Source: Atopostipes sp.
GTDB lineage: Bacteria > Bacillota > Bacilli > Lactobacillales > Carnobacteriaceae_A
Assembly (NCBI GenBank): GCA_029257245.1
Contig: JARICH010000010.1
Location: 1 to 47,531, forward strand
Reading direction: 5' to 3'
DNA: 47,531 nucleotides
Position 1 is the stretch's first letter, and every line of letters starts with the position of its first letter. Made by a program: the position numbers and the translations under genes. The notes below the pieces were generated by a model. It made no database searches and had not been told where the DNA came from. It saw only the letters and a list, made by a program, of their open reading frames with translations. This document shows, one piece after another, positions 8,723-19,179 of the stretch.

Positions 8723-11700
8723 ATGTCATTCGTGCAACTAGAAGTGATGAGTACCAATAGCTTAATGATGAGTACCCTAACAGTGGAAGAGTTAATCATC
8801 CATGCCAAAGAAAGAGGCTACAGAGCTCTCGCATTAACGGATCAAAATGTATTATTTGGAGCTGTTGAATTTTATGAGTTGGCTTTAAAGCATGGAATTC
8901 AGCCGATTATTGGTTTAACTATATCGACTGAATCTATGACTGATTCTGAAGATTATTCACTTATATTATTAGCCAAAAATTATACGGGTTATCAGTCCTT
9001 GATTGAACTATCATCAGAATATCAATTAAATGATAAGAAACCAGTTCAGTTAGAAAAAATCGTAAGTAAAGCAGAAGATTTAATTGTGATCGCACCAGGG
9101 GACCACTCAGAAATTATGGCGATAGTTAATCAAAAAAATACTGCAGAAATTATTGAACGAGTAAATTTTTATATACAGAATTTCCCCAGTTTTTATCAAG
9201 GTGTGAATCTTCAAAATTATCAAGCAGATAAAATTCAAAAGATTCAAGAAATGAATGTTCCTATCGTTGCTTTAGGGAATGTAAAATATTTAAATCCAGA
9301 GGATGATTTACCGACCAAGGTTTTAGAAGTCTTAAATAGTGAAATGATTTTGCAAGGAGACGAGCAAGAAAAAATTAATCGTTATCTATTTCAAGGGCAA
9401 GAGGATTATTCCTTACAAAGCGCAGAAAAAAACTATGCGGACTTTAAAGCAATTGGTTTAGAGATGGCTGCACAAGAAACAGTTAAAATAGCTAATGAAA
9501 TATCAATAGAGTTGCCACTAGGACATCATTTTATGCCAAGTTTTCCTTTAAATGAGGAAAATAATGCAGATGATTATTTACGCAATATTTGTGAGGAGAA
9601 TCTAGCTAAGAGAGTTGACCAAGTTGGTCCTGAATATCAACAGCGATTAGATAAAGAATTAGCTGTTATTTCGGAAATGGGTTTTTCAGATTACTTTTTA
9701 ATTGTTTGGGATATTATGCTTTATGCTCATCAAGAAGGTATTTATACTGGTTCAGGGCGGGGATCAGCTGCTGGATCATTAGTCGCTTATCTTTTAAAGA
9801 TAACAAATGTCGATCCGATAAAATTTGACTTACTTTTTGAACGATTTTTGAATAAAGATAGAGCAAGTTTGCCAGATATTGATTTAGATTTTCCAGACAA
9901 TCGTCGAGAAGAAATTTTAGAATATATTTTTAGGAAATATGGCTCAGAGAATGTCGCTCAAATTGGAACGATTGGAAAGTTTGGTGCGAAGTCTGCTGTG
10001 AGAGATGTAGGTCGCGTTTTGGGTCTATCACAAGAAGAACTTAAGAAATGGTCACGAGCAATCCCATCAGGCCCTAATATCAGCTTAAAAGGATTAAAAA
10101 GCCATCAAAAATTAGTTGACTTAATTGATAAAAATGATTTAAATCGAACACTTTACGAAACAGCTTTGAAAATTGAGGGTACAAATCGACATGTATCGAC
10201 ACACGCTGCCGGTATTGTTATTTCTGATGATAAATTAATGAGAAGAGTGCCACTGCAAGAGGGAAACTCATCCATGCATCTGACTCAGTACACGATGGAT
10301 GCCGTTGAAAAAGTAGGTCTCCTGAAATTGGATATACTAGGCTTAAGAAATCTAGCTACTTTAGCAGATTGTATTCGTTTTATTCCTTATGAAAATGAGG
10401 GGAAAGCAATTGATATTGACGCGATTCCATTTGATGATGCTAAAACACTCGAAATTTTCCAAAAAGGAAATACGGATGGAATTTTTCAGTTTGAATCACC
10501 GGGCATCCGTCAACAATTAAGAAAACTTGAACCAAACTCTTTTGAAGATATCGTGGCAATTAATGCTTTATATCGGCCTGGTCCAATGGAGCAAATTGAT
10601 ACATTTATCAAGAGAAAACATGGAAAAGAAGAAATCAAATATCCGCATCCCGATTTAAAAGAGATATTAGAAAATACCTACGGGATAATTGTTTATCAAG
10701 AGCAAGTAATGAAAGTAGCAACAAAATTAGCTGGCTATACATTGAATGAAGCGGATATTTTAAGAAGGGCCATTGGTAAAAAAGATCACGAAGCAATTGA
10801 GGCTGGTCGGCATGAGTTTATTCGAGGAGCAATTAAAAATAACTATACAGAAGGGACAGCCAGTTCAGTTTATAATTATATTGAAAAATTTGCTGATTAT
10901 GGTTTCAATCGTTCCCATGCGGTTGCTTATTCTAAAGTTGCTTATCAATTAGCTTATGTGAAAGCAAACTATCCTGCTAGTTTTTTTGCTGCGGTAATGA
11001 AAAGGTCAAGCAAGGCTAAAAGTCAGTCATATTTATCCGAAGCTAGACGGTACGATATTCAAATTCTCGCTCCGGATATTAACAAAAGTTTTTCTTCATT
11101 TATGCTTGAAGATGGAAAGATATTAGCTGGTTTTAACTTAATTAAGGGCTTGAGTAAAGAGTTTATCCAAGAGATTATCTATGAGCGTAAAGAAAATGGG
11201 TCCTTTAAAGGTTTAATTGATTTTACCAAACGGATGGATAAAAAATGGTTAACAGAAAAGCAAATTCTTCCTCTTATCGAGAGTGGAGCGATGGATCATT
11301 TGGAAAAGAATAGAAATACCTTACTTCACTCTGTAAAGAATGTACTAGAAAATGTTCAAATGAGTCATGGAAATGAAGCATTAATTCAATTGTTCTCTCC
11401 TAAGATTATTGAAAAAGAAGAATTGTCTGATGATGTAAAAATGGAACAAGAATATGAAAGTACAGGTTTTTATTTCACGGCTGAACCTGGAGAAAAGTAC
11501 AAAGAATTAAGAAAGAATCCAGAAATAAGCTATGTCTCGGATATAGAGAAGGATAAGCGAGCAAAAGTTCTTGTCGTTGTCAAAAATATTAAAAAAATTC
11601 AAACCAAAAACGGTAAGCCTATGTCTTTTATTGATGCGGTGGATACGACTGGTAAAGTAAATTTAACATTATTTCCTGAAAATCATCGGCGATATATCCA

Positions 11701-12085
11701 AAAAATTCAATTAGATGATACCTTATTAGTAGAAGGTGAAATCAGTAAAGATAGCCGTGGAATTCGACTCTTAGTTAATCAATTGATTAATGCGGATGAG
11801 GTCATTGAAAGTAAAGAAGAAAAATTAGAAACAGGTAAAAGAGAAAAAACATTATACATTCGCTTTAAATCTTTAGAAGCAGAGCAGCAAAAATTCCTTG
11901 CTCTACAAGAGTTGCTAAAAGAAAATCGAGGTTCCAGTCGGGTCGTTATTTACGACGAGACAACGGAGAAACAAAACTTTTTAAAAAGAGAATATAATGT
12001 AAATTTAGATTCAGAAATAGTTAATAAGCTTAAAAAAATATTTGGTGAACACAACTTAGTAATTCAAGCAAAGAAAAGAAATTAA
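8723..12085 (+). CDS. dnaE: DNA polymerase III subunit alpha (DnaE)
   Basis: GRGSAAGS, FERFLN, PDIDLDF catalytic motif, HAAG, YGFNRSH; dnaE-pfk-pyk synteny. Confidence 0.97.
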   Translation: MSFVQLEVMSTNSLMMSTLTVEELIIHAKERGYRALALTDQNVLFGAVEFYELALKHGIQPIIGLTISTESMTDSEDYSLILLAKNYTGYQSLIELSSEYQLNDKKPVQLEKIVSKAEDLIVIAPGDHSEIMAIVNQKNTAEIIERVNFYIQNFPSFYQGVNLQNYQADKIQKIQEMNVPIVALGNVKYLNPEDDLPTKVLEVLNSEMILQGDEQEKINRYLFQGQEDYSLQSAEKNYADFKAIGLEMAAQETVKIANEISIELPLGHHFMPSFPLNEENNADDYLRNICEENLAKRVDQVGPEYQQRLDKELAVISEMGFSDYFLIVWDIMLYAHQEGIYTGSGRGSAAGSLVAYLLKITNVDPIKFDLLFERFLNKDRASLPDIDLDFPDNRREEILEYIFRKYGSENVAQIGTIGKFGAKSAVRDVGRVLGLSQEELKKWSRAIPSGPNISLKGLKSHQKLVDLIDKNDLNRTLYETALKIEGTNRHVSTHAAGIVISDDKLMRRVPLQEGNSSMHLTQYTMDAVEKVGLLKLDILGLRNLATLADCIRFIPYENEGKAIDIDAIPFDDAKTLEIFQKGNTDGIFQFESPGIRQQLRKLEPNSFEDIVAINALYRPGPMEQIDTFIKRKHGKEEIKYPHPDLKEILENTYGIIVYQEQVMKVATKLAGYTLNEADILRRAIGKKDHEAIEAGRHEFIRGAIKNNYTEGTASSVYNYIEKFADYGFNRSHAVAYSKVAYQLAYVKANYPASFFAAVMKRSSKAKSQSYLSEARRYDIQILAPDINKSFSSFMLEDGKILAGFNLIKGLSKEFIQEIIYERKENGSFKGLIDFTKRMDKKWLTEKQILPLIESGAMDHLEKNRNTLLHSVKNVLENVQMSHGNEALIQLFSPKIIEKEELSDDVKMEQEYESTGFYFTAEPGEKYKELRKNPEISYVSDIEKDKRAKVLVVVKNIKKIQTKNGKPMSFIDAVDTTGKVNLTLFPENHRRYIQKIQLDDTLLVEGEISKDSRGIRLLVNQLINADEVIESKEEKLETGKREKTLYIRFKSLEAEQQKFLALQELLKENRGSSRVVIYDETTEKQNFLKREYNVNLDSEIVNKLKKIFGEHNLVIQAKKRN

Positions 12086-12201
12086 AATAGAATTAATTTC
12101 AGTTGTTACAAGACATCAGCTATTTAAAGTGATACAATAAACAGTGGATGATTAATATTAGTGTTTATATATTATAGGTTTTAGAATAGGATGGTTATTA
12201 T

Positions 12202-13164
12202 ATGAAAAGAATAGGTGTGCTAACGAGTGGAGGAGACGCTCCAGGGATGAATGCCGCAGTTCGTGCAGTTGTTCGTCGAGGCGAATCTTTAGGGATGGAA
12301 GTATTTGGGATTACAAATGGATTTAAAGGTTTAGTGAATGGAGAAATTCACCGCATGACCTCTTCTGATGTGGGTGGGATATTAAATCGAGGAGGAACCT
12401 TACTCTTCTCAGCCCGTTATCCAGAATTCAAAGAAAAAGAATCTCAACTAGTGGCAAAAGAACAATTAAAAAAGCATGGAATTGAAGGACTTGTTGTAAT
12501 TGGAGGAGACGGATCTTTTCGCGGTGCTCAAGCCTTGTCTGATCATGGTTTTCCATCTATAGGAATTCCTGGAACTATTGATAATGATATTGCAGGAACT
12601 GATTATACCTTAGGTTTTGATACGACACTCAATACAGTCGTTGAAGCGATTGATCGCATACGTGATACAGCTGGATCACATGGTCGAGTGTTAGTTGTCG
12701 AAGTAATGGGGCGAGACGCTGGGGATATTGCCATATGGAGTGGATTAAGTGGTGGAGCAGAGTCTATTATTGTTCCAGAAGCTCCTTATGATTTACATGA
12801 GATTGTAGCTGGCTTAAAGAGTGGTTTTTCGAAAGGTAAAAATCAAGGCTTAATCGTTTTAGCTGAAGGTGTAATGTCAGCGGATGAGTTAATTGAAAAG
12901 ATTAATAAAATTGATGATAGTTTTGATATTCGAGGAGTTGTTTTAGGACATATTCAACGTGGTGGAAGCCCAACAGTACGTGATCGAGTACTGGGTAGTA
13001 GTTTTGGTGTAAAAGCCGTTGAATTATTAAATGAAGGTGCTTCAGGTGAATGTGTGGCATTTGTGGATGAAGAATTGACTTCGAATAGTTTCGAAGATGT
13101 TTTCAATACGCTAAAACATAGTTCAAATATTCATCTATATAATATTAACAAATATATTAACTAA
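12202..13164 (+). CDS. pfkA: ATP-dependent 6-phosphofructokinase
   Basis: [35 protein letters not shown]. Confidence 0.98.
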   Translation: MKRIGVLTSGGDAPGMNAAVRAVVRRGESLGMEVFGITNGFKGLVNGEIHRMTSSDVGGILNRGGTLLFSARYPEFKEKESQLVAKEQLKKHGIEGLVVIGGDGSFRGAQALSDHGFPSIGIPGTIDNDIAGTDYTLGFDTTLNTVVEAIDRIRDTAGSHGRVLVVEVMGRDAGDIAIWSGLSGGAESIIVPEAPYDLHEIVAGLKSGFSKGKNQGLIVLAEGVMSADELIEKINKIDDSFDIRGVVLGHIQRGGSPTVRDRVLGSSFGVKAVELLNEGASGECVAFVDEELTSNSFEDVFNTLKHSSNIHLYNINKYIN

Positions 13165-13199
13165 TAAAATTTATATATAAAAGGAAGGACAATTTTTAT

Positions 13200-14957
13200 A
13201 TGAAGAAAACAAAGATCGTTTGTACGATAGGACCTGCGAGTGAGTCAATCGAAATATTAGAAGGCTTAGTAGAGGCAGGAATGAACGTTGCTCGATTAAA
13301 TTTCTCCCATGGAAATTTTGAAGAGCATTTGGTCCGTATTAAAAGAATTCGTCAAATTTCAGAAAGACTGGGTAAACCAATTGGTATTATGCTAGATACT
13401 AAAGGACCAGAGATTCGAACACATAAGATGGAAGCACCAACAATCGATTTAGAAAAAGGTTCGACTATCCGAATCGCGATGAACGAAGTCCTTGGGAATC
13501 ACGAGAAATTTTCAGTTAGTTATCCTGGCTTAATTAATGACGTGAGTGTGGGCATGCATATTTTATTAGATGATGGTTTAGTCGATTTACAAGTAAAAGA
13601 AATTGATCTTGAAAATCAAGAAATTGTCACACGTGCATTAAATTCAGGAGAATTAAAAGATAATAAAGGAGTTAATGTTCCAGGCGCTTCATTTAGCTTA
13701 CCTGGTCTTACTGAAAAAGATCGTGCAGATATTCATTTTGGTTTAGAAAATGGTATTAACTTTATAGCAGGATCATTCATTCGTACAGCGAGCGATGTTT
13801 TAGAAATTAAAGAAATTCTAGAAGCACATGACAAGTTAGAAGTTCAAATTATTTCTAAAATTGAAAACCAAGAAGGCATTGACAACTTAGATGAGATCAT
13901 CTCAGTTTCAGATGGTATCATGGTTGCTAGAGGGGATTTAGGTGTTGAAATCCCTGTTGAAGAAGTACCAATTGTTCAGAAAGAAATGATTAGTAAATGT
14001 CGACGAGCTGGAAAGCCTGTTATCATTGCGACTCAAATGCTAGATTCAATGGAAGATAATCCAAGACCAACACGTGCGGAAGCATCCGATGTAGCAAATG
14101 CTATTTTTGATGGAACCGATGCGATTATGCTTTCTGGTGAAACTGCTGCCGGATCTTATCCAGTCGAAGCGGTTCATACTATGAGTAATATCGCAGTTCG
14201 TACAGAAGCTTCAACAGAAGGCGAAGATGCATATGCTTTACGTGCATTCGATCAATCAGATACTACAGAAGCCATTGGACAGGCAGTTGGCCATACAGCG
14301 AAAAACTTAGGAATTAAGACAATTGTTGCTGCAACTGATTCGGGTTATACAGCACGTATGATCTCTAAATACCGTCCAAAAGCAGATATTGTAGCGATGA
14401 CATTTTCAGAAGCTGCAGCATTATCACTCACTCTTAAATGGGGAGTTCGTCCATATGTAGCTGCTAAACCAGAAACAACAGATGATATGTTTAATAAAGC
14501 AGCTCAATTTGTTGTAGCAAAAGAAATTGCTGAAGAAGGCGATTTAATTATTATCACAGCGGGTGTACCAGTTGGAGAGAGTGGAACAACAAACTTAATG
14601 AAAATCCAAATGATTGGATCAAAATTGGTTCAAGGTCAAGGGATTGGAAATGACACAGTTATTGGACGGGCAGTCGTAGCGAACACTGCAAGTGAAGCAG
14701 TCGAAAATATGACTGACGATTCAATCTTAGTAGTAAAAACAACAGATAAAGACTATTTACCAGCGATTGAAAAAGCATCAGCCATTGTTGTTGAGCAAGG
14801 TGGATTAACCTCTCATGCAGCAGTACTTGGAATTGCAATGAGCATTCCAGTAATTGTTGCCGCAGACTCAGCAACAGAATTAATTGAAAATGGAGAACTA
14901 ATCACAATTGATAGTCGTAGAGGAATTGTATATCGAGGCGAAACAACAGCGATTTAA
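13200..14957 (+). CDS. pyk: Pyruvate kinase with C-terminal PEP-utiliser (swivel) domain
   Basis: TKIVCTIGP, RLNFSHG, MVARGDLG, MLSGETA; C-terminal GGLTSHAAV. Confidence 0.98.
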   Translation: MKKTKIVCTIGPASESIEILEGLVEAGMNVARLNFSHGNFEEHLVRIKRIRQISERLGKPIGIMLDTKGPEIRTHKMEAPTIDLEKGSTIRIAMNEVLGNHEKFSVSYPGLINDVSVGMHILLDDGLVDLQVKEIDLENQEIVTRALNSGELKDNKGVNVPGASFSLPGLTEKDRADIHFGLENGINFIAGSFIRTASDVLEIKEILEAHDKLEVQIISKIENQEGIDNLDEIISVSDGIMVARGDLGVEIPVEEVPIVQKEMISKCRRAGKPVIIATQMLDSMEDNPRPTRAEASDVANAIFDGTDAIMLSGETAAGSYPVEAVHTMSNIAVRTEASTEGEDAYALRAFDQSDTTEAIGQAVGHTAKNLGIKTIVAATDSGYTARMISKYRPKADIVAMTFSEAAALSLTLKWGVRPYVAAKPETTDDMFNKAAQFVVAKEIAEEGDLIIITAGVPVGESGTTNLMKIQMIGSKLVQGQGIGNDTVIGRAVVANTASEAVENMTDDSILVVKTTDKDYLPAIEKASAIVVEQGGLTSHAAVLGIAMSIPVIVAADSATELIENGELITIDSRRGIVYRGETTAI

Positions 14958-14979
14958 TGAAAAGAAAAAGACTAAATTT

Positions 14980-15016
14980 AGGACTTTGCATAAATTTGTG
15001 CAAGGTCCTTTCTTTC
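14980..15016 (+). terminator. Intrinsic terminator of pfkA-pyk
   Basis: AGGACTTTGCATAAA/TTTGTGCAAGGTCCT stem followed by TTCTTTC. Confidence 0.8.
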
Positions 15017-15075
15017 ATTCTAGGGTAATCAGGACTATAATGGAGAAGAGAAAATTACGCAAAGGGGAATAGTAG

Positions 15076-15951
15076 ATGGAAAGTATATTAGGAACAATTA
15101 TTACTGGAATGGTTATTGATAAAAATGAGAAAAATCTATTTGTACAAAAAGATGGGGTTACTTTCAAAGTAGTGGACTTAGACCCAGCAGAATTTGAACT
15201 AGGTGATATGGTAGAAGGATTTGTTTATGTCAATCAAGCTGATGATTATGCCATGATGACTGACATACCAGAAATCAAAGTGGGGGGTTACGGTTGGGGT
15301 GAAGTTGTTGAGGTTCAACGTGAATTAGGAGTTTTTGTAGATGTAGGTTGGGACGAAAAAGATTTAGTAGTTTCACTCGATGATTTGCCAATTATTAAAA
15401 GTGTTTGGCCGCGCCGAGGTGATCAATTACAATTAACTGTAACAGTAGATGATAAAGAACGAATGTGGGGTAAGCTTGTTGATTACAATGATATGTTAGC
15501 GGCTGCTAAACCAGCATCCGGCGAAATGCATAATGATGATGTGAAAGGGGTAGTAGTCAACTCATTAAAAGCGGGTAGTTATATTGAGTTAGAAGGTGGA
15601 TACCTAGCCTTTGTTCATCCGAGCGAACGGGACCGCGAGCCAAGATTAGGAGAAACAGTTGAGGGACGGGTAATCGGGGTTCGTGAGGATGCTGTCTTAT
15701 ACTTATCTTTGCTTCCAAGAGCTCATGAAGTACTTGATGAAGATGCATCAATGCTTCTAGAAATAATGAAAAGAGCAGAAGAACATCGGATTCCTTATCA
15801 CGACAAAAGTGATCCAAATGATATTCGCGAATTTTTTGCAATTAGTAAAGGACAATTTAAACGTGCGATTGGTCGCTTAATGAAAGAAGGCTTGGCTGAT
15901 CAAGATCAAGAAGGTAGCTATTTAACAGAAAAGGCGATTAAAGAGATTTAA
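15076..15951 (+). CDS. cvfB: S1-domain RNA-binding protein, CvfB/YitL family
   Basis: GVFVDVG..KDLVVS, C-terminal SKGQFKRAIGRL winged helix; pyk-cvfB-xerD synteny. Confidence 0.88.
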   Translation: MESILGTIITGMVIDKNEKNLFVQKDGVTFKVVDLDPAEFELGDMVEGFVYVNQADDYAMMTDIPEIKVGGYGWGEVVEVQRELGVFVDVGWDEKDLVVSLDDLPIIKSVWPRRGDQLQLTVTVDDKERMWGKLVDYNDMLAAAKPASGEMHNDDVKGVVVNSLKAGSYIELEGGYLAFVHPSERDREPRLGETVEGRVIGVREDAVLYLSLLPRAHEVLDEDASMLLEIMKRAEEHRIPYHDKSDPNDIREFFAISKGQFKRAIGRLMKEGLADQDQEGSYLTEKAIKEI

Positions 15952-15954
15952 CAG

Positions 15955-15983
15955 TTGTAATGTCAATTAATGTATTTTATAAT
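15955..15983 (+). promoter_or_regulatory. Sigma-A promoter upstream of xerD-deoB-punA
   Basis: TTGTAA-17 nt-TATAAT. Confidence 0.65.
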
Positions 15984-15998
15984 GGTGTGTGGTCTAAT

Positions 15999-16012
15999 TG
16001 TAAATGGTTTCA
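15999..16012 (+). promoter_or_regulatory. Candidate CcpA cre site
   Basis: TGTAAATGGTTTCA, one mismatch to TGWAANCGNTNWCA, just downstream of the predicted transcription start. Confidence 0.5.
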
Positions 16013-16052
16013 TATTTTAAAGGAAATCAATTTAGAAAGCGATGCGATAAAT

Positions 16053-16976
16053 TTGAAGGATTTGAAATTAGACAGGGAACCTTTATCTGAGTATATCATT
16101 CATTTAAAAATTGAACGTGATTTAGCGAATAATTCAATTGAAAGTTATGAACGAGATATTCATCAATATATTGAATTTTTAGAAGCACAAGCGATTTATG
16201 ATTGGAATAAGATTGACCGATATGATATTATATTCTTTTTTCAAAAGATGAAAGAAGAGGGAAAATCTGAAAACTCAATTGTTCGAATGACTTCGAGTCT
16301 TCGACAATATCATCAATATATGAGACAAGAGAATTTAACAAACACGGATCCCATGCAGTATGTGCAGACAGCTAAAAAAGCAGATAACTTACCTAAGATT
16401 CTGACACTTAATGAAGTCGATAAACTGCTCGAAACACCGGATACTGAAAAAGAAATTGGCTTGCGTGATCGAGCTATATTGGAATTAATGTACGCAACGG
16501 GATTACGTATTTCAGAATTAGTTCATTTGCGTTTAGATGAATTACATTTAACAATGGGTTTTTTGCAAACAATTGGAAAAGGAAATAAGGAACGTATTAT
16601 CCCGATTGGTCATGAAGCGATTAAATGGCTTAGTGAATATTTGGAATATAGCCGGCCTTTGTTTCAAAGCCGTGCGGAGAAAGAATCTCCTTTTGTTTTT
16701 TTAAATTCAAGAGGAAAAGGTCTTAGCCGTCAAGGAGTTTGGAAAAATTTAAAAAAGACAGTACAGCTCTCAGGAATTAAAAAGAATGTGACACCACATA
16801 TGTTACGACATTCTTTTGCCACCCATTTATTAGAGAATGGCGCGGACTTGAGAATTGTTCAAGAATTACTAGGGCATTCAGATATTTCAACAACACAGAT
16901 TTATACCCTTATTACAACAGCACGTAAGAAAGATGTTTACGATCAATATCACTCACGTGCACATAAAAAAGGATAA
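16053..16976 (+). CDS. xerD: Chromosomal tyrosine recombinase XerD
   Basis: RDRA..YATGLRISE, GKGNKER, TPHMLRHSFATH, LGH, TTQIY. TTG 16053 preferred to ATG 15960, which lies inside the promoter. Confidence 0.93.
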   Translation: MKDLKLDREPLSEYIIHLKIERDLANNSIESYERDIHQYIEFLEAQAIYDWNKIDRYDIIFFFQKMKEEGKSENSIVRMTSSLRQYHQYMRQENLTNTDPMQYVQTAKKADNLPKILTLNEVDKLLETPDTEKEIGLRDRAILELMYATGLRISELVHLRLDELHLTMGFLQTIGKGNKERIIPIGHEAIKWLSEYLEYSRPLFQSRAEKESPFVFLNSRGKGLSRQGVWKNLKKTVQLSGIKKNVTPHMLRHSFATHLLENGADLRIVQELLGHSDISTTQIYTLITTARKKDVYDQYHSRAHKKG

Positions 16977-17002
16977 AATAATAAAATAAGAGGTGGATTT
17001 AT

Positions 17003-18169
17003 ATGTTTGAGAGAGTACACTTAGTCGTATTAGATTCAGTTGGTATCGGTGAAGCGCCTGATGCTGCTGAATTTGGTGATGAAGGATCACATACACTAGG
17101 CCATATTGCGGAAGCAGCAGGTTTAGACCTACCAAATATGCAGAAATTAGGCCTAGGTAATATTGCACCTATTGAAGGAATCGAGCCAATTGAAGATACA
17201 AAAGGTTACTATACAAAACTTGAAGAAGTCTCGGTTGGGAAAGATACGATGACAGGGCATTGGGAAATATCCGGCCTTCGAATAGACACACCTTTCCGTG
17301 TGTTCCCAGAAGGTTTTCCGTCAGACTTGATTGATAAGATTGAAAATCATACAGGGAGAAAAGTGGTAGCCAATCGACCAGCCTCAGGAACACAAATTAT
17401 TGATGAATGGGGCGAGCACCAGATGGAAACAGGAGACCTGATTGTTTACACATCAGCCGATCCTGTCCTTCAAATTGCCGCACATGAAGAAATTATTCCA
17501 CTTGAAGAATTATATGAAATCTGTGAATATGTCCGAGACATTACTAAAGATGATCCCTATATGATTGGGCGAATTATTGCACGTCCTTACATTGGTGAAC
17601 CTGGAAACTTTACACGAACAAGTAACCGTCATGACTATGCACTCGATCCATTCGGTGAAACGATGCTTGATCATCTAAAAGATGCAGATTATGATGTGAT
17701 TGCGATTGGTAAAATTAATGATATTTTTAATGGTCAAGGAATTACAGACTTTGTTCGTACTGAATCAAATATGGACGGCGTGGATAAACTAGTGAAAACA
17801 ATCGGACGTAAATTTAATGGTCTAAGTTTTACAAACTTAGTTGATTTTGACGCACTATATGGCCACCGACGTAATCCAGAAGGTTACCGTGATGCATTAG
17901 AAGCATTCGATGCTAGACTACCAGAAATTATTGATGCATTAGAAGAAGACGATTTGCTGATTCTTACGGCGGATCATGGAAATGATCCGACAGCTGAAGG
18001 AACAGATCACACTCGTGAGTTTGTTCCAATTATGCTCTATAGCAAAAAGTTTAAAGATTCAGATAAGTTACCGCAAGGTTATTTTGCGGATATTTCTGCA
18101 ACAATTTTAGAAAACTTCGATGCTGAAACAATGGAGAATGGCGAGAGTTTCTTAAATCAATTAAAATAA
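17003..18169 (+). CDS. deoB: Phosphopentomutase
   Basis: [41 protein letters not shown]. Confidence 0.97.
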   Translation: MFERVHLVVLDSVGIGEAPDAAEFGDEGSHTLGHIAEAAGLDLPNMQKLGLGNIAPIEGIEPIEDTKGYYTKLEEVSVGKDTMTGHWEISGLRIDTPFRVFPEGFPSDLIDKIENHTGRKVVANRPASGTQIIDEWGEHQMETGDLIVYTSADPVLQIAAHEEIIPLEELYEICEYVRDITKDDPYMIGRIIARPYIGEPGNFTRTSNRHDYALDPFGETMLDHLKDADYDVIAIGKINDIFNGQGITDFVRTESNMDGVDKLVKTIGRKFNGLSFTNLVDFDALYGHRRNPEGYRDALEAFDARLPEIIDALEEDDLLILTADHGNDPTAEGTDHTREFVPIMLYSKKFKDSDKLPQGYFADISATILENFDAETMENGESFLNQLK

Positions 18170-18184
18170 TGGGGGAGACAAATA

Positions 18185-19012
18185 GTGAATTTAGATGAAA
18201 ATGTTTATGAGTATGCACGGGAAGCAGCAACTTATATTAAAGAGCAAGGTGTTGAAGAAGTAGAAGTAGGGTTAATCTTAGGTTCTGGTTTAGGGGAATT
18301 AGCGGATGAAATTACAGATCGCATTGTCATTCCCTATACTGAGATTCCATCATTCCCAGTTTCTACAGTAGAAGGTCACAAAGGACAGTTAGTTTATGGA
18401 ACTTTAGGTGGTAAAAAAGTTCTCGCATTACAGGGGCGATTCCATTATTATGAAGGATATTCTATGAATACCGTTACTTTCCCTGTTCGCGTAATGAGCG
18501 CTCTAAAGACAGAATCATTAATTGTAACTAATGCAGCGGGAGGGGTAAATGAAACCTTTACGCCGGGTGACTTAATGTTAATCACTGACCATATTAACTT
18601 CTTTGGAACTAATCCATTAATTGGTAAGAATGATCCAAAATTTGGACCACGTTTTCCAGATTTATCGGTTGCTTATGACGCAAAATATCGAGAACATGCG
18701 AAAGAAGTAGCAAAAGAATTAGATATTGATTTAAAAGAAGGAGTCTATTTTGGAATGACCGGCCCAACTTACGAGTCACCAGCTGAAGTTCGGATGATTC
18801 GTCAACTAGGCGGAGATTCTGTTGGTATGTCTACAGTGCCTGAAGTTATTGTAGCGAGACATGCGGGGATACGAGTAGTTGGAGTTAGTGCTATTACAAA
18901 CTATGCAGCAGGTATGGGTAAAGAACTTAACCATGAAGATGTGATTGAAGTGTCCGCACAAATTCGAGTAACTTTTAAAGAATTTATAACACAATTACTA
19001 GAAAAAATTTAA
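18185..19012 (+). CDS. punA: Purine-nucleoside phosphorylase (trimeric PunA type)
   Basis: LGSGLG, GRFHYYEG, TNAAGG, GPTYESPAE, VGMSTVPE. Confidence 0.95.
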   Translation: MNLDENVYEYAREAATYIKEQGVEEVEVGLILGSGLGELADEITDRIVIPYTEIPSFPVSTVEGHKGQLVYGTLGGKKVLALQGRFHYYEGYSMNTVTFPVRVMSALKTESLIVTNAAGGVNETFTPGDLMLITDHINFFGTNPLIGKNDPKFGPRFPDLSVAYDAKYREHAKEVAKELDIDLKEGVYFGMTGPTYESPAEVRMIRQLGGDSVGMSTVPEVIVARHAGIRVVGVSAITNYAAGMGKELNHEDVIEVSAQIRVTFKEFITQLLEKI

Positions 19013-19031
19013 ATTAGATCTTTAATTATAG

Positions 19032-19078
19032 CGATTTATCCATTGATTATTTAAATCAATGGATAAATCGTTTTTATT
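19032..19078 (+). terminator. Intrinsic terminator after punA
   Basis: Perfect 17-bp stem CGATTTATCCATTGATT/AATCAATGGATAAATCG, 5-nt loop, then TTTTT. Confidence 0.88.
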
Positions 19079-19107
19079 TCAAGCTAAAAAAGTATTTGTT
19101 TTAACTT

Positions 19108-19136
19108 TTCACATCTAAGCTTATTTCCTGTATAAT
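19108..19136 (+). promoter_or_regulatory. Sigma-A promoter of lysA
   Basis: TTCACA-17 nt-TATAAT. Confidence 0.7.
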
Positions 19137-19179
19137 CAGTACTTGTTAGCATTAAAGATTATATGAAAAGTGGGATTTT

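Noticed and set aside
14630-14957. Extra His-containing C-terminal domain on pyruvate kinase as a novel fusion
   Set aside because: Well-known PEP-utiliser domain of Bacilli pyruvate kinases.
16053-16976. Tyrosine recombinase as a phage or island integrase
   Set aside because: XerD-type motifs and housekeeping synteny; no att repeats or cargo.
19032-19070. Long perfect palindromes (also 45895-45941) as MITEs or a dif site
   Set aside because: Each sits directly after a stop codon with T tails, they do not share sequence, and there are no target duplications or XerC/XerD arm consensus; ordinary terminators.
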